Shown piece by piece: positions 11,867-25,712 of a DNA stretch of 64,000 bases. How positions within the stretch are numbered: the stretch's first letter is position 1; each line of letters starts with the position of its first letter. The stretch comes from Antedon mediterranea (lineage: Eukaryota; Animalia; Echinodermata): contig NC_092673.1 of NCBI RefSeq assembly GCF_964355755.1, positions 1,736,001 through 1,800,000 on the forward strand, written 5' to 3'. The position numbers were made by a program, and so were the translations under genes. A model generated the notes under the pieces. That model was not told where the DNA came from and ran no database searches. It saw only the letters and a list, made by a program, of their open reading frames with translations.

Positions 11867-14800
11867 TTAAGTTATTTTAAATATGATTTGCGGTTTTGTC
11901 AATTGTGTAGTTTTGCAGTTTATTTATAATAGTATTAATTTAATAATCCAATACAAGCACACAGACAGAATAAAAAGAATTACAATTTATTGATTTATTT
12001 AATATTAGTAGTATAACTTTATTTGTCAACATTTTGTGTTGTTTTGTCAGATATTTACCGTCCATGTTATAAGTTTATTTTATGTTTACGTCATATAGCC
12101 CATATTGGTTCCATCTCCTCTCGCTTATTTAGGCCTATATTATTTGACTTTTGCGTTTTCATCTAACAATTATTAAAAAAACAAAATAAAGCACAATCAA
12201 ATGTACTAACAACGAAACTGAGTATATGTTCTACTTTTGTGTAATGTTTATTCAATACCATGTTTATTCAATACCATGTTTCTTTTGTTTCGTTTCGGTA
12301 CTGTTTTCATCCTAGAATATCATGATAAAATGTTAACCAAATTTCGCCAGTATTTTTAAATGATTTAACGCCCTCTGTAGTTTTTAAGTTTTAGGCATGT
12401 CCAATATCTTTCTCAAGGCGTAAAATCAAAATCACTGTGTATATTGGTTACCGTTATATTAAACATAATTTGCATTTGCGCCGTGTGCAATTATTGGTGA
12501 AAATGTGTACGCGCGCGTTAATTAATTGTTGGAGGTTAAAGTATAGGCATTTTCAATAATACACCTCTGTAGTATTTCGTGTTTGATAGTTCATTATTAT
12601 AAACAAACCATAGGTTATAAATAATAATGCAGTGTGTTTGTTTTTTGTTTCGTTTACTCAAAAGTTGACGTTCCTATAAAAATTCATCACATCAAAATGC
12701 GAGTAATTATTTTTATTGTAATTCGTGGCGCTCTTCTGTTCTTCCGATTCTACTATTTTCAAAGAATAGGCCTACTGATATTTAAAACCTGGAGAACGTC
12801 CCCTTTAATGTTACTTTATATTATTAAATTTTGATTTTATTTTAAAAGCAACTAAATATTTTTTATTGTTAATTATATATGAACGACATTAAAGAGGTAT
12901 TATCAAGGGTGTTATAACGAGATATACAGCGTTTGGTAGTCAAGGCTGACCCGTCCAAGGGGGAAAACTTTTACTTGTTTCTAACTTTTGTCATTATAAC
13001 CTTATAACCTTTGCCAATAAAAAGTTAGTGACGCATAACTGTAAATTGTATTAGAACAATCAATTATATAACCCAAATAAGACAATGTTGACAAGCGGTT
13101 GGTAAATGCAAACTTGACAATTTATGATTGGCCTCTTTAGAGAAAGTTAATAGCTAATTTTATTAACATCAATTTATTTCATAGCTTTATGGAGTTTAAA
13201 ATCGTTTAATTTGCGCTATATCAAAATACGTTTATGCCTTTCTGAGGTTATTTTCCAATAATTTCTTGACACTAGAGTGTTAGCAACCGGTTATGATAAT
13301 TTAGTGTCCTTTCATTAGAAAGTGTCCGCTATATATTTTATGGTTCGCACAATTACAATACCGAGTTGATATTATTTGTCGGCACACTAAACAATTCAGC
13401 ATTTTGTTATTACAACATCTACCGTTGATATTTTTAAACATCTGTTTTAGGCCTATAATAGCCGTATTTTGTCTACAAATTTACTTTCTGTTAAACGCTG
13501 TTTTTCTTTTTCCATTTTTTTCTTTTTAAACATTATTTTCTGGTAACTCATCTATTTTTTTTTAAAGATATTTTCATTTATTTTTTTAGTTCTTACTACC
13601 ACGAAAATATGAACATTTATTTGATTGACTTTAATTTATATAAATCCGTAATAATATTATGTCCTTATTTTTCACTTTTTTAAATATTAATAATGCATAT
13701 TAAGTAATTTTTTTTTAACTAATTGATTTACGGATTAATTCGGACGGATGGATTGTATTTTGAAGTTACGTTATTTAAACTGTAGGCGTACAGTACGGTA
13801 CGCATTTATTTCATGGAACCAGGGGGAGTGAGTGACACCTCCTGTTGTAGGCCTACGCTGAAACCAGCGTGAAAGCAATTGTCATCATTTGGTTGGCTGT
13901 TCGTTTTTCCGATGATAATGAAAATGTCCTTTTTTTATCTTCGGCATGTCGACATGTCACATTTGATAGTTTCTTCTCACGAATCGTTACGTAACGCTGT
14001 ACGCGGGCGTCCATTGTATTACGTAATGCCCTTAAAGCCTGTCAAATTAGTCTCATAAAGAAGATATATATTCTTGACTAATTGTGATTGTAATACCACG
14101 TTTTTTTTAAAGTTGGTTGATAATTCTAATTTATTGATAAAAACATTCATCATCCTCATTAATATTTATTTATTTAATTTCAAAACGTTTTTACGTTACG
14201 TTACGTCATTTATATTGCATTCTGGTAATTTAATGAACAATTTCGATCCTCAAATTTCCGAATTAAATACAGGAGTTTTAAACTTTATCAAACCTTTGTC
14301 CAAATGGTAATTTTTTGATTTTAGATAATGTTATTTTTTTACTCATCACATTAGACCTATATTTTTATTTGTCTTAAGAATATTACGTATCATCTATACT
14401 GTTATGTGTTATTATTTTGTGTCATCATTTTCAGGGTCAGGGTCAAGATGAATGCCGAAGCAATAACATTCATTTACGTTCCATTTCATCCATTAATTTT
14501 CTATTACACTACGTGACACGTGACCGTAACGCTATCAAACGAACACGTCTCACCATGGTCTCATCATTGACGGATAGCGCCACCTATTGGTAAGAAACTT
14601 TTTTAGTTAGGAAAAGTTCGTTGCGGACTGACATTGTCTTTTATATGCGATTGTCATGTTTTTTTATTTTTTTTTAAATACAATTTATTCTTTTAAGTAA
14701 CATTAGCAGCTAGCACTACCAAATGTCCTAATTTTAGCTGTATTTTCACCACGGTCGTTAATAATTTCTCACCTTTTATACCCGTCACATATGTTTGGCA

Positions 14801-17800
14801 GGCACCATACAGTGCTCAACCAACCTGTATAAAAAAGGTGTCAGATGCTGTTCTTTTTTTTTGCACCCATGCTGGTTTGTTTGAGTTCTATGTTTTGGTT
14901 CATGTGGTTATTGGTGTATTAATTTCAGACCGCCAGACCACACTGAAACGAGTTAATTTTATAACCAAAGTTACATGATCTTTTTTACAGTACTGCTGTC
15001 CCTGTCTTTAAAAATAAATATTATATTATTTCAATGGCGACGTGTGGTTGGTCCAAACAAAAATTAAAATTATTTCTTGCTTAGTTTAGCAATGTTCTAG
15101 TATATTTTAGTTGCTCGTGTTACCATTCTAACGAACCTTCTTTACATTTACAGAATTATGGCCAAAGAATTACTAAAGGAAAGTTGTCGAAATCTGAATG
15201 TCGCATATCTTCGGCGAGTTGATGACGTCGACATAGGCGCGCTCATAAAAGTTTAATGCAAGCCCGGCTGATGGAAGAAGAGTTAGGATATCATTAAAGG
15301 TAAGCCCTAATACAAAATAGAAACAAAATAAAGAAGGTGTTATGTTCCGGACGCAATTTGATTATTTACCGACACCATGCGATGGTGACCATTAGATGTT
15401 TGACCCTATGAGTGCCCTTATACTAAGTACAGTACCTGGTAACACGAATATAACAAGAATGCCGAGTGAAACTGTATTATGAAAAGTGACAGTTGATCAT
15501 TGGATCTCGCTGACGTTCTCACGATGTACCCTGAATTCGCTAATTAGAAAATGATTATTTGAAATCCGTATTAGTAGTAGCAATGTCATACAAGACCCGA
15601 CCACATTGGATGTTGACTTAACGCGTATGTGCGCCCCACTGTGTACTAAGCAGGGCTGCATGTTGCGTATCAATACAATACGTGATGTGACGAGAGTGTT
15701 AATAATTTCAAGTTAGCCAACTGACACGATACAGCCAGCTATTCCGGTCAACGACATAGTCGCGAAAATTAGACCAATTTAGCCGTTCCGATTCGATCAT
15801 TATTTCGTTAACACCATTCGATGCCGAAGTTGGTGAGCTAACAGCGGCTCACCATTGAATTATTACACCTGTTAAATAGCTATTGTTTGAAATTATATAT
15901 AATAAAGTTTGACATGGCGCTCGTTTGTAAAAGTGCAAATTAAGTTTATCAAAACAGCACCCCCTATCGGCAAACCAAAGAATAGCTTTGTTCCTCGCAG
16001 TTAGCGAAAGTGTTTGCGACAGTTACAAGATTGTGCCCTTTCGTCTACTCAAATAAGAACGGGCAGGGAAGCCGTCGTCAATTACGCTAAACGTGCTTTA
16101 ATACCAGTCAGGTTTTCAGAGGGAGTGATAACCAATAATGTAACCGATAGGTTTAACTTCTTATGAAGGCTTTTAGGCATTTTGAGGATCGCAAAATTCA
16201 ATTGGTGTTGACATCAAATCCGCTAAGTTAATATCGGAATCTTCTAGGCCACAATAAAGTAATTTATTTGAGAAGACCAATAACAAAACCAAAATGCCTT
16301 CACTCGACACCATTATAAACTCATCGGATGTATCTTAGTAGACAGGTTGAGTTGAAAACTAAGACGAGAAAATAACGGATTAGTACACAGGTACTTTTTC
16401 ATCCGGCTAATTGACAAACAAGACTCCATTCCCACAAGCACTTGCTAAAACTAATTCAATCCGATATGACAGGTAAAAACAGACGCTATACTTTATATTG
16501 TTTATGCTGGCATTTGGTAAAGAGCGTACTAATGCGGCCTGTACATAATGTCAAGGGAGACTCGCTGCCATAATTGCTATTAAACGATCCGTATAGCTAG
16601 TCGTAAACGAATCATGCTAGTGTATTTAACAGGTGACGAAAAAGTGAAATGCAAATAATGAGTGAGAAGAAATAGCGTTAGAAAATCTGTTATTAGTCAT
16701 CGTATCTATGTCAAACAAGATTGGTAAATCTCGGGAGAGATTTCTGATGAGATTATTTGAATTGATGTTGATTAGCAATCAAATAACCAAATACAATATA
16801 GTTTAATAACAACAAATAGTTGTGCGCACACCCACTGAAAGTGCTCAATGCACTTTTTATATGGGCAAATAATATATGTTTGGCCTATATATTGTTAGTT
16901 TCTCCCCCTAACCCCCACCTCCTAACCCCCACCCCCTAACCCCCACCCCCTTCCCACCTCATCAATTGTTTAGTATGAGTTTTGTAATATATCATAAAGC
17001 TAAATAGCAAAAAAAATAGAAATTACGGCGTGAAATGGCATTTTAAATGTTAATAATAACTATATTGTGCATAATAGTATCCTAGTTGGTCTAAATTGGT
17101 AGTTGATAAATTTAGTCTACTTATTTAAACGTTTGTGAATCAAAACATTAGTATAGACCTCACAGATTAAGTAGTACCCATACAGGTGGCCAATTATCAG
17201 TGATGTATTCCAGTTTATTAAATAGGATATTAAATAGGATTATTTGTTATTAATAATATCCCGGCTTAAATAGATTACGGTAACGATGGCTGTTGTAAGT
17301 ACATGTACTTAGTTTGCAGATTGCTTTCAATACTCATAACATTAGTAGAAAGACAACAATTAAAGCACGTATTCTACACAATAAGACGGTCTCAAGCTTG
17401 TCTTTATTTACGAGCCCATTTCACATTCTTTAATAATCGCTCCTCTGGGCAAATATAAAAAAAGAAATTATATGACACGTTTGAAGAAAGAAAACGCCTT
17501 GATTTCCCAGCGTTTTAGCAAATTCCCTTTTAGAAATAAGTCCTAAATTGACACAAATATCCTGTTTTAAAAAATGGCATTGAAGAAGCTCCAAAACTTT
17601 CATCGATGACAAAATGTTTAATCATTAATATCATTACGCTGTCTTAGTGAATCTCCTCTCTTAAGTAAATATTTCCGAATTGAGATTCTTTTTGTAAACA
17701 GTGGTGAATCGGTGTTGATAGTCTACAAGTAGGAATAGGTTAGACTCATGTTGAAGTGGATAATGCCTGCCGCATTCAATTTGCTTACAAAGTGTGTAAA

Positions 17801-18046
17801 GACAGCGAACGCCGCATCAAATCAGAGAATCCTGGGAACTATATTAAACTTGTATATTCCTAACCTACTTTTACGACTTCTCTTCTTCCTGTCTGTAAAT
17901 TACAACTTATCTCAATTAAGTATAATATCTCATGTTATGCTATATAATTTTATTTTTTTTAAAGTAAACAACAGCAATTTGTAATTTTTGGTTATTTCAT
18001 GGGAAACTGTATTCCATTAAATCTTCATATAATTTGAACTTCCATA

Positions 18047-18204
18047 CAAACTTGGTTTTCATTAAAACGCAATGCAAGGACGTAAGCGCAACGCAATTAA
18101 TTTGACCAATCGCAAGCGATAGATTTTTCGGCCTGTTGTTTGTTATTGGTCAATTCACCTTTGTTGCTCTTATCGTCTCTCTTGCGTCCTAGTGGAAACC
18201 AAAC
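18047..18204. mobile_element. MITE family 1, diverged copy
   Basis: AAACTTGGTTTTCATTA...CAAGGACGTAAGCGCAACGCAA...CTAGTGGAAACCAAACT. Confidence 0.75.
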
Positions 18205-18816
18205 TCTATCATCACTCTTTTAATTAATACTTAACGGTATTTATTCTAATTACATACAAAAAGGTCATTCATTTCAGAGTGACCTGTTGATAAAGATTTC
18301 TACTTAACGACATGATCTCGCTATTAAAGAACCATAAAGCATCGTTATTAAAATAATGTGCGTCTTTATGGTTTCCGGTAATCTAGGATTTATCTTAATT
18401 TCAAAGACCTTGATTCTTAACTTGAGTATCATAACGATGTTGTGTTCAGTGTATCTACTAATTGCCTTTCTTTTTCACTTTTTGTGTTCCTCATGTGATA
18501 GGCAGGTCAAACAAATTATTGTTATTGGTGGATCAGATCGACGACATTTTCACACGCGCGCGTCCAACAAACCTCAGCCTATGATGCGAAATACATTATG
18601 TAGAATGTTAAATAAATAGGCCTATACAAATGATATAATAATAATACAACATGTTCATTGATTAATTTATGTTTAAAAACATAAATTAATCAATGGACAT
18701 GTTGTATTATTATTATATATTTTTTGTATAGGCCTATTTATTTAACATCCTACATAGAAGATGTGGCGAATATTCAGTAATGACTTGGTCCAACATCAAA
18801 ATAAACATCTAAAGCT

Positions 18817-19066
18817 AGCTCTGTCTATTAAACCAGTTAGACAAAAAAATGTGATGTGCACAAATATGGTGGTGATATGCCCAAATATGGTAGTGATATA
18901 TGACTTCATTATGTCCATATATAGGCACATCACATTTTTGTCACATAAAGTTTGATAGTGCAGATAGAACTTAAGACTTATATTTCAAAATCTCTGTCGC
19001 TTGTGATTGGTCAAATTACTTGAGTTGTTGTTGTGTCATCATTGCGTTGCGTCCTCTAGTGGGACT
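18817..19066. mobile_element. MITE family 2 copy (18817-18972, opposite orientation) next to the right half of a family 1 copy (18995-19066)
   Basis: Body motifs ATGTCCATATATAGGCACATCAC and TCGCTTGTGATTGGTCAAATTACTTG. Confidence 0.75.
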
Positions 19067-19739
19067 TTACGAACATTGATGAAAAAAAATATGAAAGAAA
19101 AAATATGTTGGTGAATTGTTATTAATCTTTACAACAGTTGTTTTATTGTTGTATTCTCACCTCAGTTGGAAAACGAATAATAATTTACATCACTCAGCAA
19201 ACCATTCATACTAATTGACGACAGATAAAAATATGATGTAAATTATCTAGGTCAGATTAGAAATGGTTAATTTCGTAGAATAAATCAACACTCTCATCCA
19301 ACAAATCAAGAATTATGATTTATTGTTTATATAAAACACTAACGATTCGTGTTGCACTAGACAAGAGACCAATTTAAATCTCTTTCGTCTAATATGGATG
19401 CGATATTTTTTTTAATTTCGATTCACATATGCATTGACGTCCATTTGAATTATATAGCAGTGTGTATCATTCAAATTCTGTTAACGAATGTGTACGAATT
19501 TGAAATATCCACAAAAAAAACCCATTTAAATTCTGAAGGTGTAGGCTAGATATAATATCATTAGATATAATCGTAATAATTCAATTAAAATTATTCTAGC
19601 CTTCGTTCGTTAAATTGATTCAAAATCCTATCATATTACATTAATATATTTTGGATATTTCAATTTTAAATTTTTTATTATTAGGCCTAATAAGTAATAC
19701 ATGGAATATTGGCCTACTGCAATACAATCTATGTTTTGG

Positions 19740-19837
19740 CCATATGGGCATGATTATGTCATATCATTAACATATTTAAGCATATCACGTACCATACTTG
19801 ACACATCACACTAGTTTGCTAGTGTAGACAGAGCTTA
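19740..19837. mobile_element. MITE family 2, right half
   Basis: CATATGGGCATGATTATGTCATATCA...TAGTGTAGACAGAGCTT. Confidence 0.7.
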
Positions 19838-19877
19838 AGTTTCGTTGTGTTCCAATATATATTCATTGTTAATCATA

Positions 19878-20641
19878 ACTTATTTACCCATGCAACGGTC
19901 AATGCGTTTCTATGGAGTTAAATAAAACGCGTACTGTTTTTACTGATTATTTCCGAATAGTATCATGAAAAGAAAATCAAATATATTTATATTATTTTAA
20001 ATTTGTTAATATTATTAATAAATACGTGGAATAATATAATCTATGTTTTAGTTTTAGTTTTCCGTCGGAGTTTCTTTTATTATTTTTATTATTTCTTTTT
20101 ATTATTATTATTATTATTATTTAAGAATAAAAATGCTAAAGAGCTATATGAGACTAAACATTTTCAGTCAGTTTATTTACACAATGGCACTGCCTGGTTT
20201 CAGATGTATTTTTTGTACAAAAAAACTCAAATGTTTACAGTATCCGTCAATAAAATTGACATTTTTGGTTGTTTACGACCCATTTTTTCTAACGCCCTTC
20301 CGAATAGTCAAAATTAATTTGGAGAAAAGACAGACGAAGGCTCTGAAATCAGAGCCTGGTACAAGACGAGAAGAAAGTGTAGAAGTCATAATTTCTACAG
20401 GTTAAATTTGAATAAATTATTAGCAGTAGGCCTACCCACCTATAAATTTTGTGTTTTTTTTTTTCAAATTCAGTCAATTTTGTATTGGCCTTACATTTGC
20501 GTAATTCGTTTTAAATAGGATCATTTAGGCATAGGCCTAAACTTATTTACCCATGCAAATTCAATGCGTTTCTATGAAGTTAAATAAAACGAGTACTGAT
20601 TTTATTGAGTATTTCCGAATATCATGAAAAGAAAATCAAAT
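19878..20641. repeat. ~105-bp direct repeat pair (19878-19982 and 20540-20641) about 660 bp apart
   Basis: AACTTATTTACCCATGCAA...TCAATGCGTTTCTATG.AGTTAAATAAAACG...TCATGAAAAGAAAATCAAAT in both. Confidence 0.85.
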
Positions 20642-22564
20642 CGTCCTATATTTTATTTAAATGTTATATTGAGAATGAACAGGATAAATCGAATTAAATT
20701 ATATTAATTGTCATTCATTCGATATCAAAAGACCTAATTAAATCAATTTTAAGTTTAATATTTTTATATAAATAATTTTATCTCCCAATAATTCGTTAAA
20801 AGAAGTAGGTTATGTACGTCTAAATTGTGGTGCGTGTTTAATTTGTTAATTTTGTAATATATGATATGTTTGAAGCTGGAATTAAAAATGGCACTTTCCC
20901 ATGGACTTTATGTTTGTACTTCAAAACCAAATAAAAAATATTTTATTCCTGCTCACTCGACCCTCATTTAAAAAACAATTTGCGCTTTTCTAAATTAAAA
21001 TTTCATTTTGGTTGTTGGTACATGACAGTAGATAATATAAAATGCAATAGTAGCGCCTCATAACGACCGAAATTTTGTTTTCTACTACTAATTGATGTAA
21101 TGTGTGTACTTATACCGATAAAACATGCGCATACACAAACGCGCATACTAATTATCAACTTGTGTACGCGCACGCCACGATATTCGAGAAACCTCCGCGG
21201 CGGCGCGCCGTTAGATTGAGGTTTTCACACTATAGGGAGGGACTCCCTAAGTAAGTATTATCGAATATTAATTTAGCAGTAGGTGTTGTAAGCCCTTATT
21301 CAGTTGACTATCGAGGTAAAACATGTTCACCAGACGCAACTGAAACATTTCCCGCAATGTTCAAGGACCACCTCTTCTTTTGTTTCTGTATTTTCTTTCT
21401 CAAACCAGGCCGCGCCGCTTGTAACCAATAATGCTTGACATACCTGCTTTTAATACCAGTAGGCCTATTAGTTCTTTAGCCGTACGGTACCTATTAGTAT
21501 GTCTTATTCACAATTTATTTAATTCAAATATAATATAACAACATTTCTGCATAATATGTGAGATCACGTTCTCAGATGCATTATCTCTAAGCACAGCTTG
21601 GTGCGTGTACTGGGGGTACAGTCTAAGGGTAAGGTTATGACGTAAGATGCCCCTTTTCCGATCGGCTATTAGTGCCAGGCGTCCTAAACCGACACATCTC
21701 TCAGTAATGTTACGAAAATGACAGATTTAGTTAAATTAGTATGAACCTTTAGGACTTTTGACAGACAAAAACTATGACCATATAAAACGCCGCAAAAAAA
21801 AAAAAAACCCCAAAAAACACACAAAATAAATCCCCGTAGTATTTTACAGTCATCATGTTAATTTTTTAAATATGGCATATATGCCTACCTTTTTTGTTTG
21901 TTATTTTAATATTGATTTGTTTTTTTGTTGTTATAAATTAACTATTGTAACTTTATATTTAAAATAGCCTATATACAGTATATATTTAGCACTTGTTTTA
22001 ATCACGTAGGCCTACAATATGAGATATGAATTATACTTATAGAATAGTCGATGATGATGTAGGCTACGCTAAAAATTACTGTTTTTGTTTTATTTTTATG
22101 TTGTCAATTTGAACACATTACGTGAAGAGAGACGATCGAACGTACACGTACGCTACTACGCGTTCGTGTTCGCTCCGTGCAGGTGTCATTTATGACGGTT
22201 TGTTCCCTGCTTGTTTAATCATGTTTCCACTGGGAAGGGCACTGTAAACATTTATATTACGCTTGTCAATTGGCACCAGGATACAAGGCTAAGTAGCAAT
22301 GATGATGTCATGGCAACAATTTGACGCGCGAAGGCCAGATCGCGATGACAGATAAGCTTAAGTCTACCGGAAACTCCGACGGTTTGAACCAATCAAAAAT
22401 TAATCTCCTGTTCGTTGACAAACTTCTTAAATTTTTTCTACCTGAGCTAAATACTTCCTCGATGAGTTATGCATCAAATGTTTTTGGAGGAAACAAAAAA
22501 ATGTGTATATCCTCAGTGGTTTACAATCCTGAAAATTTAAATTGAATATGTACCTCATACTCGT

Positions 22565-22780
22565 TTAAAGACATATTGTTGAATATGCCCTTTTAATGTC
22601 ATATTATTCACTTTTTTACCAAAAATGGGAAAAAAAATATTTACCTGAATAAAAAAAAACTGTAGTTTAAAGCAAAAATAAGTGGTTAACTTTATTAAAC
22701 TGCAACATGTCCTATTCAAAGTCCTTTTTAAAAAAATATCTTCATTTTTCATGTTTTTGACTCTGAGGGACAATACAGCT
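22565..22780. mobile_element. Kolobok-like non-autonomous element, internally deleted copy
   Basis: TTAAAGACATATTG start; shared body TTAACTTTATTAAACTGC...CCTATTCAAAGTCCTTTT...TCTTCATTTTCATGTTTTT; GGACAATACA end. Confidence 0.65.
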
Positions 22781-23649
22781 AACTATAAATAACATATTTA
22801 GAAGCTAAACTTTTAAAAGAGTAGCTAACAAAAGTCATTTAACAACAATTAATAAGAAAACTCTAAATATACCCAGTATCATAATTATTTCATAAACATA
22901 AGCATGGAACACATAATAATAACATAAACAAGAATATTAAACAACCTTAATATTGAATGTAGAAATAGCTCACAATTATAAGCTATTTAGCATACCTCTA
23001 CAGATACAAAAGATATAAAAAACGAGATAAGATGTCGAAAGGCAAAGCATCTGCCTTATTAATATTATCATCGATACAAATATATTATCACGGTTTTACG
23101 AGAAGTATCTTATCACTTAAGCACATGTTTTAAGTTTTAAGTATTCCTCGTAGATTTGGTGAAAATCTGTAGCCATTTAACAAGTGTTGCTCTGTTTTAC
23201 GAGTTAGTACAGTTTCATTGATTTACAGGAGCAGTGTGGTTCAGGCAATGTATTCGACTCTCACCTAGGGTGTGCATTATGCACCGTTCGGCGTGTTTTA
23301 CGCCTCCTCTGGGACTTTTCAACGGTTAAAATTGATTGTTCACCCGGCTAACTGTCACGGTTAATACAAATGATATGTTCTACTTCAAACACTTGCTTTG
23401 TATACCGATACATATACCGTATAGGATTTTACTTACAATGATTTTTTATTGATTACCTAAGTGAATTAGAGCTAAAATATTTGCCTTGTTATGGACAGGG
23501 TAACGAGACTAACGCATGTACCGTAACATTCCAGACAATAAACAAGACTAAATCAATCTCACAATATTTACAGGTTAAACTTAACGGTATCGAAATCATA
23601 ATAAATGACCTAAAATTACTATCCGGTGTCAATAAAAATTATAAATATT

Positions 23650-23812
23650 TTAAACGCGCGTTGAAACACAGATGAAAATTTACCCGCGTGTCCCTACATT
23701 GATATTACAATCGCGCGCGTTCTAAAGTTGATGAAAATGTACGCGCGCGTTCTAAATCTGATGAAAATGTACGCGCGCGTTTAAAAAATGATTACAATGC
23801 ACGCGCACGTTG
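23650..23812. repeat. CpG-rich minisatellite, ~30-bp unit GATGAAAATGTACGCGCGCGTTCTAAA..., ~5-6 diverged copies
   Basis: Directly visible; related single units occur near 12497, 18546 and 38890. Confidence 0.85.
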
Positions 23813-25552
23813 ATTTTATGTCTTTCCGTGTTGTCACTGAAGAAATTCTCGCTGCGTAAATGTATAGGCTACTCCGGTCATATCTTTTCAACACGGCCTA
23901 GTTATGATTAAAGTATAAAATGATATATGATACATTTCGTAGATATGGAGTTGTATGATATATACAATAAATAAATGTATTGAATCTAACTATAACGTAT
24001 CTTTTCCTGTCAATTTACAGTGGGCTACTAGTATAAAAGTAAAGTGGTTATTTTGATTTTTCACTTTTTGTAGGCCATTTTGATGTGTATTCTGTACCAT
24101 GGGTTTGTACACTTTGACTTCTTCTAAATTCTTAAACATATTTCATATTTACAAGTTTAGTTTTTTATTATTTTATTTCAAAATAAGGGGAACATAATTT
24201 AAGCAATTTCCAAAATAGATTTATGAGTTTTTTAGCTATTAAATTATTTGTTACGTGTAAACAAAGAGGCACGAATTGTTTTGTTCAAGTTAATGTTTTA
24301 CCGATTAATGCATTACTATTATTATTAATAGAAAATCTAAAGGAAGTTATAGTATGTATAAAGTTAAAAGTAATTTTTAAATTTATTGTATTATTAATAT
24401 TATCAAATGTCACTTTTGACTGATCTGCAATATAATAATGACTTATGTACTTTCTAGGCCTACAGTATTATTAGTTAATTCCCTTTACTAACTAGGCCAT
24501 TTAACATTATACAAAAGACACAGTACAGTGAATTGGGTCTTTAGATGGAGTGTAAAAAATGAGCAGCGCAATAAATCATTTGATATTGTGAAAGATGAGT
24601 ATTAGTCGATAGACGCCGTTAATATTTCATATAACCACGAGCTATGAATATATCTAAAGAGTGTTATTGACAAGATAATATATGTCATATTAATCTCCAA
24701 TTGGAGCTTCAATCATAATTTAAAGTCTATGTTCATTAGATTATGACGTCACAAACCCGGCCACCAATTAAACCCAGACGAAGCAGCATTGATCAACTGG
24801 GCCATTAGGGACTTACTCATTTTGATAGTTAATTTGGTGCAAACAAAAGGGGTGTGTTATTAATGGTGTAGATTAATTCGGGGTTTAGTGTTTAAGGTAC
24901 CCCTTGTATTAGTGCTATCAATCATTTCAAAGCTAGCTTGATGACAGCGTGGATGAGGCCTTCTGATGGTGGGTAGGCTATCGGCCTGTGTATACTCGTT
25001 GTTAACTTTGATAGACATTTTGCTATATTCCAAAGATTATAGTGTTTATCGCTATGTCCAAACAGAGATTTTAAAGTAAATATATAATATAACGTAACCA
25101 ATATAATATTAAAGTAATAATATACTTCGTTTCATATTGATTGAATATTATATATTCGTCAAATGTTGAGTTATTTAGGGTAGGTGCACATACATGGTTA
25201 ATAAACATCTCATTTCGTTTTTTTATCGTTCTAAATCTGAATGAAATAAAAGTCAACCACTCAACCATAATTACAACTTACTGTAAATCACACATGACAC
25301 ATTAGCCTAGGCATTTTGGTATCAAAGTTGAGAAATGAGATCATTAGCGCCTGTAGGCCTATGAATTATTGGTTCGTTTCGTCTCAAATGCACTACATTT
25401 TATTGCTCCGCTCCGGCTTGTAAATTTAAAAAAACATATTCTGCGCCTTAAAAATGAACATAACTTCGTGTGCCACATGATCTGAGCCTCTTGACCGAAA
25501 TCATTTATGTCCCCGTACCACCATCGAATGCTCGTTTTCATTAACTTGCTTA

Positions 25553-25712
25553 AAGCTCTGTCTACACTATCACACTTTATGTGACAAAAAAATGTGATGT
25601 GCCCATATATGGACATGGTGATGTCATATCACTACCATATACGGGTATATCACTACCATATTTGTGCACACTTTTTTTTTGTCAAACTATAGTTTTATAG
25701 TGTAGACAGAGC
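25553..25712. mobile_element. MITE family 2, near-complete copy
   Basis: AAGCTCTGTCTACACTAT...ATAGTGTAGACAGAGC TIRs with full body. Confidence 0.85.

Noticed and set aside
16903-16950. CCCTAACC repeats as interstitial telomere
   Set aside because: Only 3-4 degenerate units separated by C-runs; a simple low-complexity tract.
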